A stretch of DNA of 62,949 nt, counting the filler, from Octopus bimaculoides (Eukaryota), in the NCBI RefSeq assembly GCF_001194135.2. It is 4 parts of 4 records of this genome, joined end to end, with 100 filler letters (N's around TTAATTAATTAA, not from the genome) between each part and the next. Parts side by side here need not be neighbours in the genome. Positions count along the whole stretch, not along the records: positions 15,246 to 41,738 come from NC_068981.1; 3 more parts are not named here. One strand, 5' to 3'. Both the position numbers and the translations under genes were made by a program. Below the pieces are notes generated by a model that saw nothing but the letters and a program-made list of their open reading frames with translations, made no database searches and was not told the DNA's origin. Every line of letters starts with the position of its first letter. Position 1 is the stretch's first letter. Below, one piece after another: positions 26,011 through 39,049 of this stretch.

Positions 26011-27430
26011 GTATGGCTGCTTACCCCTGTGATGCAACCTTGGAGAGTTCGAGCTATTGCGATGCTCATACAGATTCACTTCTACTTATATATACAGTAA
26101 CAACACGAAGTTTTGTGTAACTATAGTAAATCTCTGTTTTATAACTCGCTGATGAAATAATACTTTGCTCCAGATTTTGCCTTTCACTAATTATTATTTA
26201 TATTTCCACGTTATTATCTTTGGCTGCTTTCAATTAATCAGTACATTCGAAAATCGACTCTCCATGTCAAATGTACACCACCCGGAATCGTTGGTGTTAC
26301 CTCTTCCTTATAGCAAATTAATTCAGAATTTTAAATAGTAAGAAACTGATTGCTCAGTTTGTTACGTTTCATAGTAAATAATGCTGATTGCTTCAGTGTT
26401 TACTTCTCATTATAATTGATAAAATGTATTGAATATTTAAATATTTACTACTCTCTCTTAATATTTTGAAAGTGTCCAGTAAGCTCTAAAGAGAGATACA
26501 CACATCATGTTTATAAAGTAAATTTGTAATATATTTCATTGATCATGTCACTGTCGTAGGAAATATATAATGTACAACATATAGAAAATCAGAGCTGTAC
26601 AATTTAAATATCTACAAATATCTACTTAAACAATTTCCTTTCCAATACTCTTCCTATTTGCAATATCCGATGAAACATAACCAACTGAATAACCTGGTAT
26701 TGGGTGCATTAAGCACTCAATGCTGCTGAATGACTACATCGAAACATTCAATTACGATCATGCACCCAGCTAATGGAAACAGGACATTTTGTTTTTTCAA
26801 TTGTATAGTCATGTTCGAACGTTTATCGCCGTCGTCATCACCGTGATGCAATCTCTCTTCCTGTAAAATTTTTTCATTGATCTTTTGCTTCCATTATCAT
26901 ATAATAATAATTGTATTTTTATATGTATATATATCTTATAAAAATCAGTCATCTGTAAAGATTTGACCTCGTGAATAATAACCAATAAACATGAATTTCA
27001 GTCCATTTGAGATACAAATTGGAGTTTGGCTATATTACGTAGAGTACGTGCTTGAATATCGAAATATTAACCACAGTAAAACACATTGTCAAACATAAAT
27101 AGCTATTCCTCGCTCATTGACACACATCTATGGTAGTGCAAAGCAATAAAGTTTCGCGTATGTATGCATGTAGATACACATGCTCCCAAAGGAACACGCG
27201 GAAATACACGCGCACAGATATACTCGCAATTATTAATTACGTATAACTCACATAAAGATCCACCCACAGACATACAAAGATTTTCAAACATAGACACACA
27301 AACACAAACACACATTTATACACACATATTTTTACGTGTTTTCGTGTGAGTTTGTGTACATGTATCTGTATATATTTGCCCCTGTGTGTGTGTACATGTG
27401 TGCCCATGTGTGTGTGTTTCTTTGTGTGCC

Positions 27431-27463
<33 letters not shown>

Positions 27464-28264
27464 ATGTGTGTGTGTGTGTGTGTGTATGTGTGTGTGTGGG
27501 TGTGTGTGTGTGTGTTCGTGTATCTGTGTGCACGTAGGAATATTTATGTAGATATTTACGTCTAATGATTGTGTATTGTTCTTCGGAAATTAAGGTAAAC
27601 TTTTATTAACTTCTTTCAAGTTGCACATATTGGCAGACAATATAAACGTCATCACAAGTGATGCATTTGGGCTATTCTTTAATCAGTCTCACGAATCTTA
27701 TTTGAAAAAAAAAAACATTGTTTGTCTCGGATTGTATGGGTTCGTGTTGAGGGATGTCTGTGTGCATGTGGAAGGCGTCTGTGCGTCTGTGCCTATATGT
27801 CTGCTTTTGTACGTGTACATATGTATGTAGTACTTCGCGTGAATTTTAGAGGAATATGTAGTAACATCAATATATTATAGTTATTGAAAAGGTTAAATGT
27901 GGCTGTGAGCCATTCAATATAAATAGTAGTAATATTATATAATGTTATATATATTTGATTCAAACCGATTGTGAATAGTTCTTTCTTTCATCAGAGTAGC
28001 TTACTGCATTCTCATGTTACTGATTTTATCAACTCCTGGTTTATTGAAATTCGTATCTCGTAAAGTGGAAATTTGAATATTCTACACTATAACTTAGCAT
28101 GTTAACAAAGTTCTTTTTATTAAATATTTATGTTCCCACTCCTCTCATTCATATAGCAACTTTATAGGTATACAGATTTTTAGGAAAATACATCATTGAT
28201 TTGCATTCCTACAGATGTATAGATAATGACCGACAGTTACATGAGAGCATTTGTAAACACTCAT

Positions 28265-28306
<42 letters not shown>

Positions 28307-29218
28307 NNNNNNNNNNNNNNNNNNNNNNNNNNNNNNNNNNNNNNNNNNNNNNNNNNNNNNNNNNNNNNNNNNNNNNNNNNNNNNNNNNNNNNNNNNNNNN
28401 NNNNNNNNNNNNNNNNNNNNNNNNNNNNNNNNNNNNNNNNNNNNNNNNNNNNNNNNNNNNNNNNNNNNNNNNNNNNNNNNNNNNNNNNNNNNNNNNNNNN
28501 NNNNNNNNNNNNNNNNNNNNNNNNNNNNNNNNNNNNNNNNNNNNNNNNNNNNNNNNNNNNNNNNNNNNNNNNNNNNNNNNNNNNNNNNNNNNNNNNNNNN
28601 NNNNNNNNNNNNNNNNNNNNNNNNNNNNNNNNNNNNNNNNNNNNNNNNNNNNNNNNNNNNNNNNNNNNNNNNNNNNNNNNNNNNNNNNNNNNNNNNNNNN
28701 NNNNNNNNNNNNNNNNNNNNNNNNNNNNNNNNNNNNNNNNNNNNNNNNNNNNNNNNNNNNNNNNNNNNNNNNNNNNNNNNNNNNNNNNNNNNNNNNNNNN
28801 NNNNNNNNNNNNNNNNNNNNNNNNNNNNNNNNNNNNNNNNNNNNNNNNNNNNNNNNNNNNNNNNNNNNNNNNNNNNNNNNNNNNNNNNNNNNNNNNNNNN
28901 NNNNNNNNNNNNNNNNNNNNNNNNNNNNNNNNNNNNNNNNNNNNNNNNNNNNNNNNNNNNNNNNNNNNNNNNNNNNNNNNNNNNNNNNNNNNNNNNNNNN
29001 NNNNNNNNNNNNNNNNNNNNNNNNNNNNNNNNNNNNNNNNNNNNNNNNATCGGTCATAATGTCTTACGTTTAAGATGATTCCCATGCATTCCCTGATGAG
29101 AAGGTTACAATTTTAATATCAAAGATCCCTATGGATCACACAGGTTGTAATCCTTTGAAACATATGTAGGAATAAAGTATGCAATTATAACATGCGTTTT
29201 CTCCAATCCTTAAATTAT

Positions 29219-29253
<35 letters not shown>

Positions 29254-30067
29254 AAATAGTAAATGAGTATATGTATATATACGTACAGGTATATACATTC
29301 CGACATCCACCTGTATGTATAGGTGCATATCTGCGTACAGGACATTGCAAACAAAACGTAGACAGCCACTCAAGAAACTAGTTAGAAACCTTTAATCAGT
29401 ATCTATCGTAACATAGCTTGTTCGATTTAAGCATTCCCAAAATAACCACCTTAATAAGAACTTATTGACATCCGCAGTTGATCCTCAATGTGACCTGTAT
29501 TGAGTGACCAACTCTAACGTCTACAAATATTTGTTTATAAATCTAAAATATCACTAGAAACAATTGTGTAGAGAATGTCGTGACGCATGTGCTTACGCCT
29601 TTATTTCCACACCTAACTGAAACTTTATATGAGTAACAAAATACCCATGTCAAACCTATATAATTATTCTACGCCTTGCTTTTCTATCGACTTGCCCTAC
29701 AAACACGTAAGCTCCTACTAATCTCCTATATAAACTCTTGCACAATTATTCCCTCTAACCATCTATACAGACCATGATTATCATCACAATGCGCCACGTG
29801 CAAAAATATGAACGACTTACTAAAAATATCCGAAACAAAAACGAACTCCCGTTTGATGAAAGGGAGCATCTCGAAACTTCATGGCCACTGTCAAGGTTTC
29901 ACTTATAAAAGTTGATAAACATGCCCTCTGCTAAAGAACGTTGACTAATTCATCAGTTAAATGTTAAATTGTTTTTATTAGTGTCATGAAAGTTCAAAGT
30001 AAAAATGTATGTGCGTGTATGTATGTATGTATGTGTGTATGTATGTATGTATATACATATATAGATA

Positions 30068-30111
<44 letters not shown>

Positions 30112-30405
30112 NNNNNNNNNNNNNNNNNNNNNNNNNNNNNNNNNNNNNNNNNNNNNNNNNNNNNNNNNNNNNNNNNNNNNNNNNNNNNNNNNNNNNNNNN
30201 NNNNNNNNNNNNNNNNNNNNNNNNNNNNNNNNNNNNNNNNNNNNNNNNNNNNNNNNNNNNNNNNNNNNNNNNNNNNNNNNNNNNNNNNNNNNNNNNNNNN
30301 NNNNNNNNNNAGCCCCAGGAGGACATCTCCTCCAGCTGGCTTATCGACACACGACTGTGTCCTGTTTGCCAAGGGAAGTTATCCCTCTCACCTGGATCTG
30401 CAGCA

Positions 30406-30450
30406 CGAACGTATCCGGATTTCAGGGTTATTTCCCTTCGTCGGCGTCCG
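30406..30450 (-). ncRNA. Minimal type-I hammerhead ribozyme fold (U4C core variant), within a probable PLE terminal repeat at about 30311-30500
   Basis: Minus strand CGGACG-CCGACGA-AGGG(AAATAA)CCCT-GAAA-T(CCGG)A-TA-CGTTCG. Stem I is 6 bp (one G-U), stem II 4 bp, and stem III is the palindrome ATCCGGAT. Cleavage triplet AUA. Confidence 0.65.
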
Positions 30451-30519
30451 ACAGCTGATGACCTTGGTGAGAGAGACAAAAACCTGGCAAACTTGTATCT
30501 TCTTTTCCAGTGAAATTAT

Positions 30520-32560
30520 TCACTGATATTGAAAAGGTGAAAACAAGCAATGTTAATTCTCTAAATGAAGTATTAACAGTAACTGCACGATAAAGTGTAG
30601 TATATTGCCACTTAAGTGTGGCTGACCCCTAGGTGTTCTGGCAAAACACATATAGTATCTTTAACATTCGTGAAGAAAATTACAAACAAGATAGGATAAT
30701 AAACTGGCATGACATTATATATATTATAAGGAAAGAAACAACAAGCATCTACAAATATATTTATTTCTGATAAAAGGATAGGAGTTTCTCAAACTATATT
30801 TTCCACCAGTCAATTGGGCATGCTACGTGTCCTTATTGAACATGAAAGTAAAAGCGAAAATTGATTATGTCGCAGCAATAACATTCTTACAAGAAACTAA
30901 ATCAGCCATAAAACATCTGCAGTATATAGTCTAAGCTTCAGAAACACTTATGTCACATGAGACAACTGTTCTGGATTGCCAAAATGCTTAATACAAGTGC
31001 AAGCCTAATGTCCGAAGGTGTGCAGGAAAGAGTTAAACCTTTATGGAGTAACAGAAGTAACGATATTCGTATTAGCTTTACGTATCACCATATGCGATAC
31101 TGATAAAAGGGATATCTATAGATGATGGTATTTCTGAAAAAAACTGTAAAAAATAAACATATTAATTATAGATATAGTAACAAGAAATGAATAAAGCTTA
31201 CTGATTTATAAGTACTGCAGTCGATAACATTTCTCCTAACCGTGAACAACTTATTGCCCTCGAACATATTTATGGATATTTCCCAAACCAGAGGTAATTG
31301 CTGTGTGGATTGACCTTTTGCAAAAGACGAAAAATATGGCTAAAGTAATAAGAAGGTTACATAGATATGAAGCCAACAAGAATGTATCGGCCGAAAACAT
31401 AAAAATAGAAACAAATTCAATAACGAGCAGCAGAGTTTGAAAGCAGTTATATTAAGAAATATGTAACCAGAAATTACTGATATAAAACTTGAAACTGCAG
31501 ATTATCCAGTGAAATTATGATGATCCATCCATGAGAAATACATTTGGGAAATTAGCAAACAAATAGATAACTTTAAACTACATATTAAAAGCTAATTCCT
31601 AATGACAACGATAGTCAAATCATGTTTAACTAAATTTACAGAGAGGTTGTTTTGGAAGTGTTGAATACATTAAGAAACAAAAGAATATGTATTTATCGTG
31701 GTAGAATAAAAGCAAAAATGTCTATTCTTTTTTTTCTTCGTCACACACTTTGCCAACATAGACTATTTAATTGTATGATTGTTGGAAATTTCATACACTG
31801 AAAATTTTGCCAGCATTATTGGATACTTTTAGGAAATGTATGGTATAAAATTAGAGTAACAAATAACATAATTAGAGATACGACCAATGACACTCTTGTA
31901 GCGGTGAATATAATTGTACAGAATTATATTGCCAAATATTATGTGGAAAATGGCACCCCAGTTTAATAATATCAGTTCGAATGGAATAAATAGCATAGGA
32001 AAAATTGTCATAAACTTTTATCTTTTACTCTTTACAGCAAGTGGAGTGCGGCCATCTTGAAGAACTACCTGCATGGAAGCAGTCCAACAAATCGACACTG
32101 ATCCATAATTTTATATTTGGTACTTATTCTATCGGTACTTTTTGCATAAGTTGTTATGAGGGGACGTAAATAAACAATGCATACACCTCCGGATATTGTT
32201 GCCTGGTACAGAGGGGGAAAAGTATGTACTATCACAGAGGTCAGCTGCCCTGCAGATATAAATATATCTTTGAAAGTGAAAGAAAAGCGCATATATATGG
32301 ACAACTGCTTTGAAACCTCCAGCTTCTATATCCAGACTATGAATGCATATTCATATCAATAATAATCAGAGCACTGAATAAACTGGGCTTTCCAGAAAGA
32401 GATATCGACCGGGTTATTAGTACATTACAAGTGCAGTCTGTGAGTAGAACAGTAAAAATATGTAAGACTTTCCTCAAGTTACAGATGTGAATTTCTCTGT
32501 GCTAACTACATCCCAAAGATGAAGCCTTGGAAACCGGCTCCCTCCTCAGTGGAAAATTTA
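30520..32560 (+). mobile_element. Decayed RLE-type (R4/Dong-like) non-LTR retrotransposon, interrupted by a SINE
   Basis: 32185-32300 translates PPDIVAWYRGGKVCTITEVSCPADINISLKVKEK (PD..E..K restriction-like endonuclease motif), then IIIRALNKLGF...TVKICKTFLKLQM*, a short 3' UTR and a TAATAAT tail. Upstream of about 31880 only faint RT/zinc-knuckle traces remain, so the 5' boundary is uncertain. Confidence 0.6.
32017..32177 (-). mobile_element. SINE 3' module inserted in the RLE LINE
   Basis: TCTTTTACTC...GTGCGGCCATCTTG...AAATCGACAC...GGTACTTATTCTATCGGTACTTTTTGC...GGGGACGTAAATAAAC, homologous to 41461-41680, 57435-57560 and 59735-59915. Confidence 0.7.
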
Positions 32561-32699
32561 TAATAATTAAGAAATAAGAGAGACATACATATACACATAC
32601 ATGCATACATACACACATACATGCATGCATATATACACATATATATAGAGAGAGATACAAACACACACACACACACACACATCCACATACGCTTATATA

Positions 32700-33873
32700 C
32701 GAGGGGTGTATGAAAGGTTTTGAGCCTAACCTCGAAACGTGGCTGTTAGATAGTGATAGCGGAAGTAATTTTTTCTGGTAAGTACAGTCTTTTCGGGGTA
32801 TTCTTGCTCATTTTCATGATTCTGATTATCGTGCTGTCATAAAGTACCTTCATTTGAAAGACATGACTCCATCAGAAACCCATGAAGATATGGTGAGAAC
32901 CCTAACAGACAATGCTCTTTCACATGCAATAGTCAAACGCTTTGTAAATGAATTCAAGCGTGGCAGTGGGAGTGTGGAATATGATCCCAGACCACAGAGA
33001 CCTCAAACTGCAACCACCAAGGACAACCTTGACCTATCACTTGGTATGATAAGGCAAGATCGCCGAATATCATGTCATCTGATTGCCGAGAGATTGCGCA
33101 TCTCAAAGAGCCGACAACATTGTTACAAAAGAATTTGGGTTCTCAAATGTTTCTGCAAGGTCGGTCCCTCACATTTTGACTCCTGAACACAAACGCTCCA
33201 GGTGCACTTCGTCCACGAGCAATCTGGAACTGTTTGAAACCGATGAACAGAATTTTCTTGTTCGTTTCATTAGTATGAACAAAAGTTGGGTTCATAGCTA
33301 CCAGCCTGAAACCAAATAACAATAAAGCACAATCTTCTCATACCCCAAAGGAGGCCAGGTGGCAAGGTCATGGCGCTCGTTTTGCTTGGATTATCAAAGT
33401 GTCTTATTGAGCGATAACCTTGAAAAGGGTCACACCGTGACAGGGCTGTATTATTCTCAGCTACTGAAACGCCTCCGAGAAGCAATCAAAGAGAAAAGGC
33501 CGGGAATGCTCACCAGAGGAGACCATTTTCCTCACGACAATGCTCCAGCCCACAGCTTAGTGGTTGCCATGGCAACAATTCGTGATTGTGGATACGAACT
33601 TGTTCCCATCGGCCTAATTCTCGAGACCTATCCCCCTCTGACTTTCATCTATTCCCCAAAAGGAAAAATACCCTTGCCGATCACCATTTTGCCAGTGACA
33701 ATGACGTCATAGAAACTGTAGAAAGTTTCTTCTACACCGAGATAATGACCCTTCAGCAACGCTGGAGAAAGTTTTCAGCCATCGAGGGGTGCGATGTTCT
33801 AAAATAAATCATCAGACGTCTTGTACCATGTTTTGTGTATTTTTGAGACTCAAGACTTTTCATGCACTCGTCG
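32700..33873 (+). mobile_element. Full-length inactive mariner (irritans-like) with TIRs and TA TSDs
   Basis: TIRs CGAGGGGTGTATGAAAGGTTTTGAGCCT and (rc) CGACGAGTGCATGAAAAGTCTTGAGTCT (22/28), flanked by TA. Translation includes YRAVIKYLHLKDMTP, VSARSVPHILT, FISMNKSWVH (first catalytic D lost), HDNAPAH and LSPSDFHLFP across frameshifts. Confidence 0.93.
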
Positions 33874-34369
33874 TATATGTATATATAACGGAGTAGTTTG
33901 AGTGATGCATTGTGCAATATTAGTTTAAGAGATTTCTTGTGTAAGACCAGAACATACCAGGAGATACAACGTAAACTCCAAAATGAAAAGGAAACAAAAG
34001 TTGTAGCTGTCCAATATTTTGCAGCTATGACCCTTTCTTCAGGATATATAGAAAATCAAGGGATGGAAAAGTCATTCCTTTGATGAGTTGACTTACAAGA
34101 AAGATGTTGAAGGAAAGAGGAATTTGACATACGTAGAGTGGTGTTGCTATCATAAACAGTCTGATTCATGTGTTTCTTTGTTGTTGTTGTTATAGCTGAC
34201 ATCTGTATGTTGATAAGGAGGGCTTCCATAGCACTGAGAATGTCACTGTTGCGTTGAGTGACCCTGGCAATTTCATTAGATTTTTATTTTTATTGAATTT
34301 TCTTTGTCGTATTTTCTTTCATTGGAATGTGCAATTGTCCCATGAACGACTTCTTCAAAACATGCTCGA

Positions 34370-34680
34370 GGGCCTATGTATTATACGAAGTAGCCTCCAG
34401 GAAATGTGGTACAACCTACACTGAGAGCATGACCAGGAAATTATACTTTCGAATAAAAATCATATGCTTACAGACACTTCAATAAAAAAGAAATTTTAAA
34501 GAAGTTCTAGACCTATAATTTGAAGTTATCCCTCAGGGTCAGTCAACGCAGGTGGCTATCTCAGTTTCATAGAAGCTCTCCGTATCAACAAACTGAGGCC
34601 ACCCATAATTAACAGGAAGGAACTACAAGAAGCAGTTTGGAGAGTTTAGCAGCACCAGCCTGCGCATGTCCTCTTCCGCT
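34370..34680 (+). mobile_element. Decayed Penelope-like GIY-YIG endonuclease C-terminal remnant
   Basis: Translates YVLYEVASRKCGTTYTESMTRKLYFRIK (cf. VY.I.C..CG..YIG.T.R.L..RI.EH) and FIEALRINKLRPPIINRKE (cf. EA..I....P.IN). Confidence 0.5.
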
Positions 34681-34689
34681 TTCCGTCTG

Positions 34690-34728
<39 letters not shown>

Positions 34729-34959
34729 GTATGTATGTATGTAATATATATTGAAGAGATTTCCTGTGTAAGGCCGAGGCAGTGCGAGAAGTTAGAAAGT
34801 AAACTACAAAAGAAAGGGTAATCAAAACAAAGATGGAGTTTTGTCTTATATTTGTTCTATATTTCACGACTATGTCTCCTTCGTGAGAGCATTGACATTA
34901 GCGAGGGAGGGAAAAGACGTTGCTGAGTTTTTCAAAGTAATAAGGCGGAAAGAAGAAGA

Positions 34960-35040
34960 TGATATGCGCAGAACAGGCATCATTTAGTGTCTGTCGACCA
35001 AATTCTCTCGCAGGGCTTTTGTCGGCCGGGCCAGGGATGA
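34960..35040 (-). mobile_element. Short SINE fragment (family of 53898-54061)
   Basis: GTGTCTGTCGACCAAATTCTCTCGCAGGGCTTTTGTCGGCCGGG parallels the middle of the 53898-54061 copy. Confidence 0.4.
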
Positions 35041-36895
35041 AAGCAGAAAACATATTCCGAAGATGTGCTATTTGAGTTAACTGCAAACGACATTGGTAGG
35101 AAGGAAGATTCTAAACTATGGAACCCCGTCTATTTAAGTATAAAGATCAAGTGAGACAGGATTTGAGAACCGAAACGGTGGTGATGACTTCGATAACAGG
35201 TGTTTAAAGTAAAATACAGACGAACAAAGAAGCAAATTCTTAGAACTTATAGATTTGTAGAAAGTTCTGTAAGCATTGTTATTAGTCATTGAATAAGATT
35301 ATACAAACGACGTTGGCAACAACTGCATATCAAAAAAAAAATAGAGCACTGCATATAGTGAATACAAATAACGCTCTGTCCGTACCGTAAAAACAATCAA
35401 TAAAAGCTAACCAACTGAAAACAAGGAGAATAATTCTGATGAATATTATCTTTTTGGTATAAGTAAGCAATGTGGTGAATATGATATTGATGACAACGTC
35501 ATTCGAGTTTCTAATTCATATATTTACTTATACTTGGTTGGTTACGTTATCATAATTCACATGACCTCCGGCACTTAGATCCTATTATTTTTATCAAATT
35601 TTGAAAGCGAAGCTGACCCCAGATGAATTTGAAATCAAAATGTAAATGGATGCGTCTGTTTAATACAAGGTATTTTGTCTAACGCTCTACCGAATTTGTG
35701 AACACATTTGCCTGAAGGTAAAGAAAACGATACTAATTTAACGTTTGTGTGTGTATGTGTCTGCGTATGGGAGAGGGCGAATGTGAGTATACGGAGAAGA
35801 GGGAAAGAGCGACGGAGTTGGGAGGCGGTGACGTTATAGTAAATGCAATATTAGAAGTAATGGTCGCCACTAAGGTTTTGGATGCACAAGAACAAAACAA
35901 TGCTCTATCAACATAAATACATATAAATCTGTTTCTATTCAAATAAAAGTAACACATGTTGCCCTGAGAGAGTCATGCGATGAACTACATGCCTGAAAAT
36001 AATGATTTATTGAAAAAAACGCTTTAGTCGTGTATATATCAATGTGCATGTATGCATATATGTATGCAAGTATATATATGTATATATATGTATATGCGAA
36101 TATATGTCGATATATATGTATAGATATATATATATATATATAAATACATACATACATACAACAAACATGTGTGTATATATATATATATATNNNNNNNNNN
36201 NNNNNNNNNNNNNNNNNNNNNNNNNNNNNNNNNNNNNNNNNNNNNNNNNNNNNNNNNNNNNNNNNNNNNNNNNNNNNNNNNNNNNNNNNNNNNNNNNNNN
36301 NNNNNNNNNNNNNNNNNNNNNNNNNNNNNNNNNNNNNNNNNNNNNNNNNNNNNNNNNNNGTATATATATGTATATATATAAAGTATGTGTATGTGTACGT
36401 TTCATAGATTTACATACGTATATTTCTATTTGTAGGAAATAATAATGAGCAGAAAACATGTGTATCTTTGGGTGGGGGGGTTAATGCAACAAGTTTTTCA
36501 CTTATGATATTCTAACCGTGATGAAGCTACTTACATTTTTTTTTATAGCGTGGTCATTCATCCATGAGACGATTGATAGCATATCGGGACTTTCATGTAC
36601 GATCTATATCGCTTTCACCTACTGAATGGATGTGCACATATATGTCTGTTGATACTAACACGTTTCCTTGTTTGCGTGCGTGTAAAATAGAAGGACATTT
36701 TCTAGAAAGCATTTATGCATATGCTTTTCTTTATATATTTGAATCTATGTGTATACATATACACACACACACGCTCCAGCACTCGCACCCGCTCAAACCG
36801 ATGCACTGAGGCACGAACCATGACACACGCACTTATATCAATAATCAAACATTAATGAAAGAAACTGTTTATATCTAAGTAAAGATTATTACATA

Positions 36896-38329
36896 TGAAG
36901 GAAGGCTGAAAATTTCATAGGCTGACTATGAAGATGGGATGTTACACCTGTGATATATTGTATGCCTTAATTTCACTACTCTTATTAATAAGCACCTATT
37001 TTATTAATTTGTTTTCAGGTAAACTAACATCTGATTGTTCGAAGAAGGGCTCATATGTAACTTGTAGCGAATACTTTTGAAAACAGACAACGTTTGGTGG
37101 GCGTGGTGTTATCTAGCAGCTGAAGGAAGGAGTTGACCCCACGAACACAATCATGTTGACATGGTTTCTACGAGTCTAAGCTCAAAAGTCCACAGGCTAA
37201 CTCTGAAGCGGAAATAATGCATGCGTTAATTTCTTATTTCTTTATTAATAAACCGTATTGTATCTTTCTCGATAAACCGAATCCTGACTCGGCCGAAATT
37301 TGCCACTGTGTATGTTATCACGTAACTGCAGAAAATGCGTTTAGCCTCCAACGACATTGATTGCTATTTTAGATAACGACGCCCTAAATTTATGTACAAT
37401 GCAAAATGGGAAGCTAAACTTACGAAGAGAAGGGAGTCTTGAAGTCTACGCAATGACTGGACGTCCTGCAACAACCTCAAGCGATGAAAACACTGATCGT
37501 GCTCACCAACAGCTGATGTATAATTATCGAATAGATAAGGCTACTGAAGTCGGGATGGTGAATGTTTCTGTTTGTGGTGTTCCACATCTTCAAACACCTG
37601 AGCAAAATCCCACTAGGCAGATCACATTTAGGAAAAATCTGACATTCTGTGATACATATTTAAAAGGCTTCTTTGAAAGTTTCCTATCCCAGGATGAGTG
37701 TTGACTTCTCACTTTGTGCCAGAGACAAAGAGACAATCAATACAGAGCAAGCACCTATATTTTACCTGCTACAAAGAAGGGTAAGATCGTTTCATGTGTA
37801 GGGAAGGCGAAAGTCTCAGTTTGTTTGAATGCAAGAGGCATTCTCTTTATATACTGTGTTGAAAAGGGCTACACTATCCATGTAGAGTACTATGCCACCT
37901 AGCTGAGGCAGTTACAGAAGGCAAACACGGCCAAACTCCCAGGCAAACTGAGGAAAGCGTTCGTTCCATCAGAATACTGCAAGTCCTTGGTTTCACTGGC
38001 TGCTGTGTGTGATTGTGGCTTTGAACTGGTTGGCCAGCCCTCCTATTCTCCTGATTTGTCTACAACTGACTATCATGTGTTCCCTAATATTAAATAAAAT
38101 TGAGAACCAATAACGTACTGATGATTACGTTATATCTAATGTTAGTAACATTTTGACAGAAAGGATGAAAATTTCTTCAAAAACTGAAAATTTATTTATT
38201 CAGGCACTGCAATACCGATGAGATAAGTCTGTGAACCTCATGGAAGAATATGTTGAAAAATAATCTTCATTTGATCACATTCCATATGAGTATGGCTAAA
38301 TTCGCCAATGACTTTTCAGCCGAGTTTCG
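36896..38329 (+). mobile_element. Full-length decayed mariner (same family as 15255-16274)
   Basis: Left TIR TGAAGGAAGGCTGAAAATTTCATAGGCTGAC after TA, and degenerate right TIR GACTTTTCAGCCGAGTTTCG. Translation includes TGRPATTSSDENTD, YTIHVEYYA, PYSPDL.TTDYHVFPN and QALQYR. Confidence 0.88.
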
Positions 38330-39049
38330 AAAGTTGTAATAAACACAAATACAGCACAGCTAATCTTCAGGTCTTGTACTTCGTTTATCTTCTGATTTTA
38401 GATGACGAAATGTGCTATGAAACCGGCCACAGAAGAATTGGTCAGTCGAAAAAATAAAAAGGGAAAAACAGAATCGGAGTCAAATGACCAATGAAAGTAT
38501 TAGTTAGTGGGGAGTTCAAGAATATCAAACAGATAGCGGCTGCCAGAGAATTGATAGAATGGTCTAGACGACGGACTTAGATAAATTATTGAGAAACACT
38601 GATAAAGGGCAAAAGCTAACCAAGGAGTCATAAAAGACATGAAAGAGCTCTTGCGTGTGAATAAAGAACACTAGTGTGTACAGTTATACACATACATTTA
38701 CACAAAACTACACAAAAGAACAGCAGATCAAAAGAAACATTCAGACGCTTCGAAAAAGATACACATACACACGCACACATATACGCATACACGAACATAC
38801 GTACGCACACACATAAACGCACACACAACCACACCCACGCGCACACTCACGCACAAGTGGGGAACCACGTTCAATTTCAGAACATCATGGAAAACCTTTA
38901 CACAATATTTTACAGGAAATAAACATGAACAGGGAAAACATTAAAAAAAAACATACATACAGAAAAGGAGTGTAAGCGTTCACACATATGTATACACACC
39001 TATGCACATATGAATACATGCTCCAACTCCTTCTTGCGCTTACACATTC

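Noticed and set aside
32505-32545. GATGAAGCCTTGGAAACCGGCTC hammerhead-like string
   Set aside because: Lacks CUGA and a stem II, and lies in the 3' UTR of the RLE LINE.
34655-34695. NRF1/ETS-like promoter motifs (TGCGCATG, CTTCCG)
   Set aside because: Directly follows the decayed PLE GIY-YIG end, so it is more simply TE terminal sequence.
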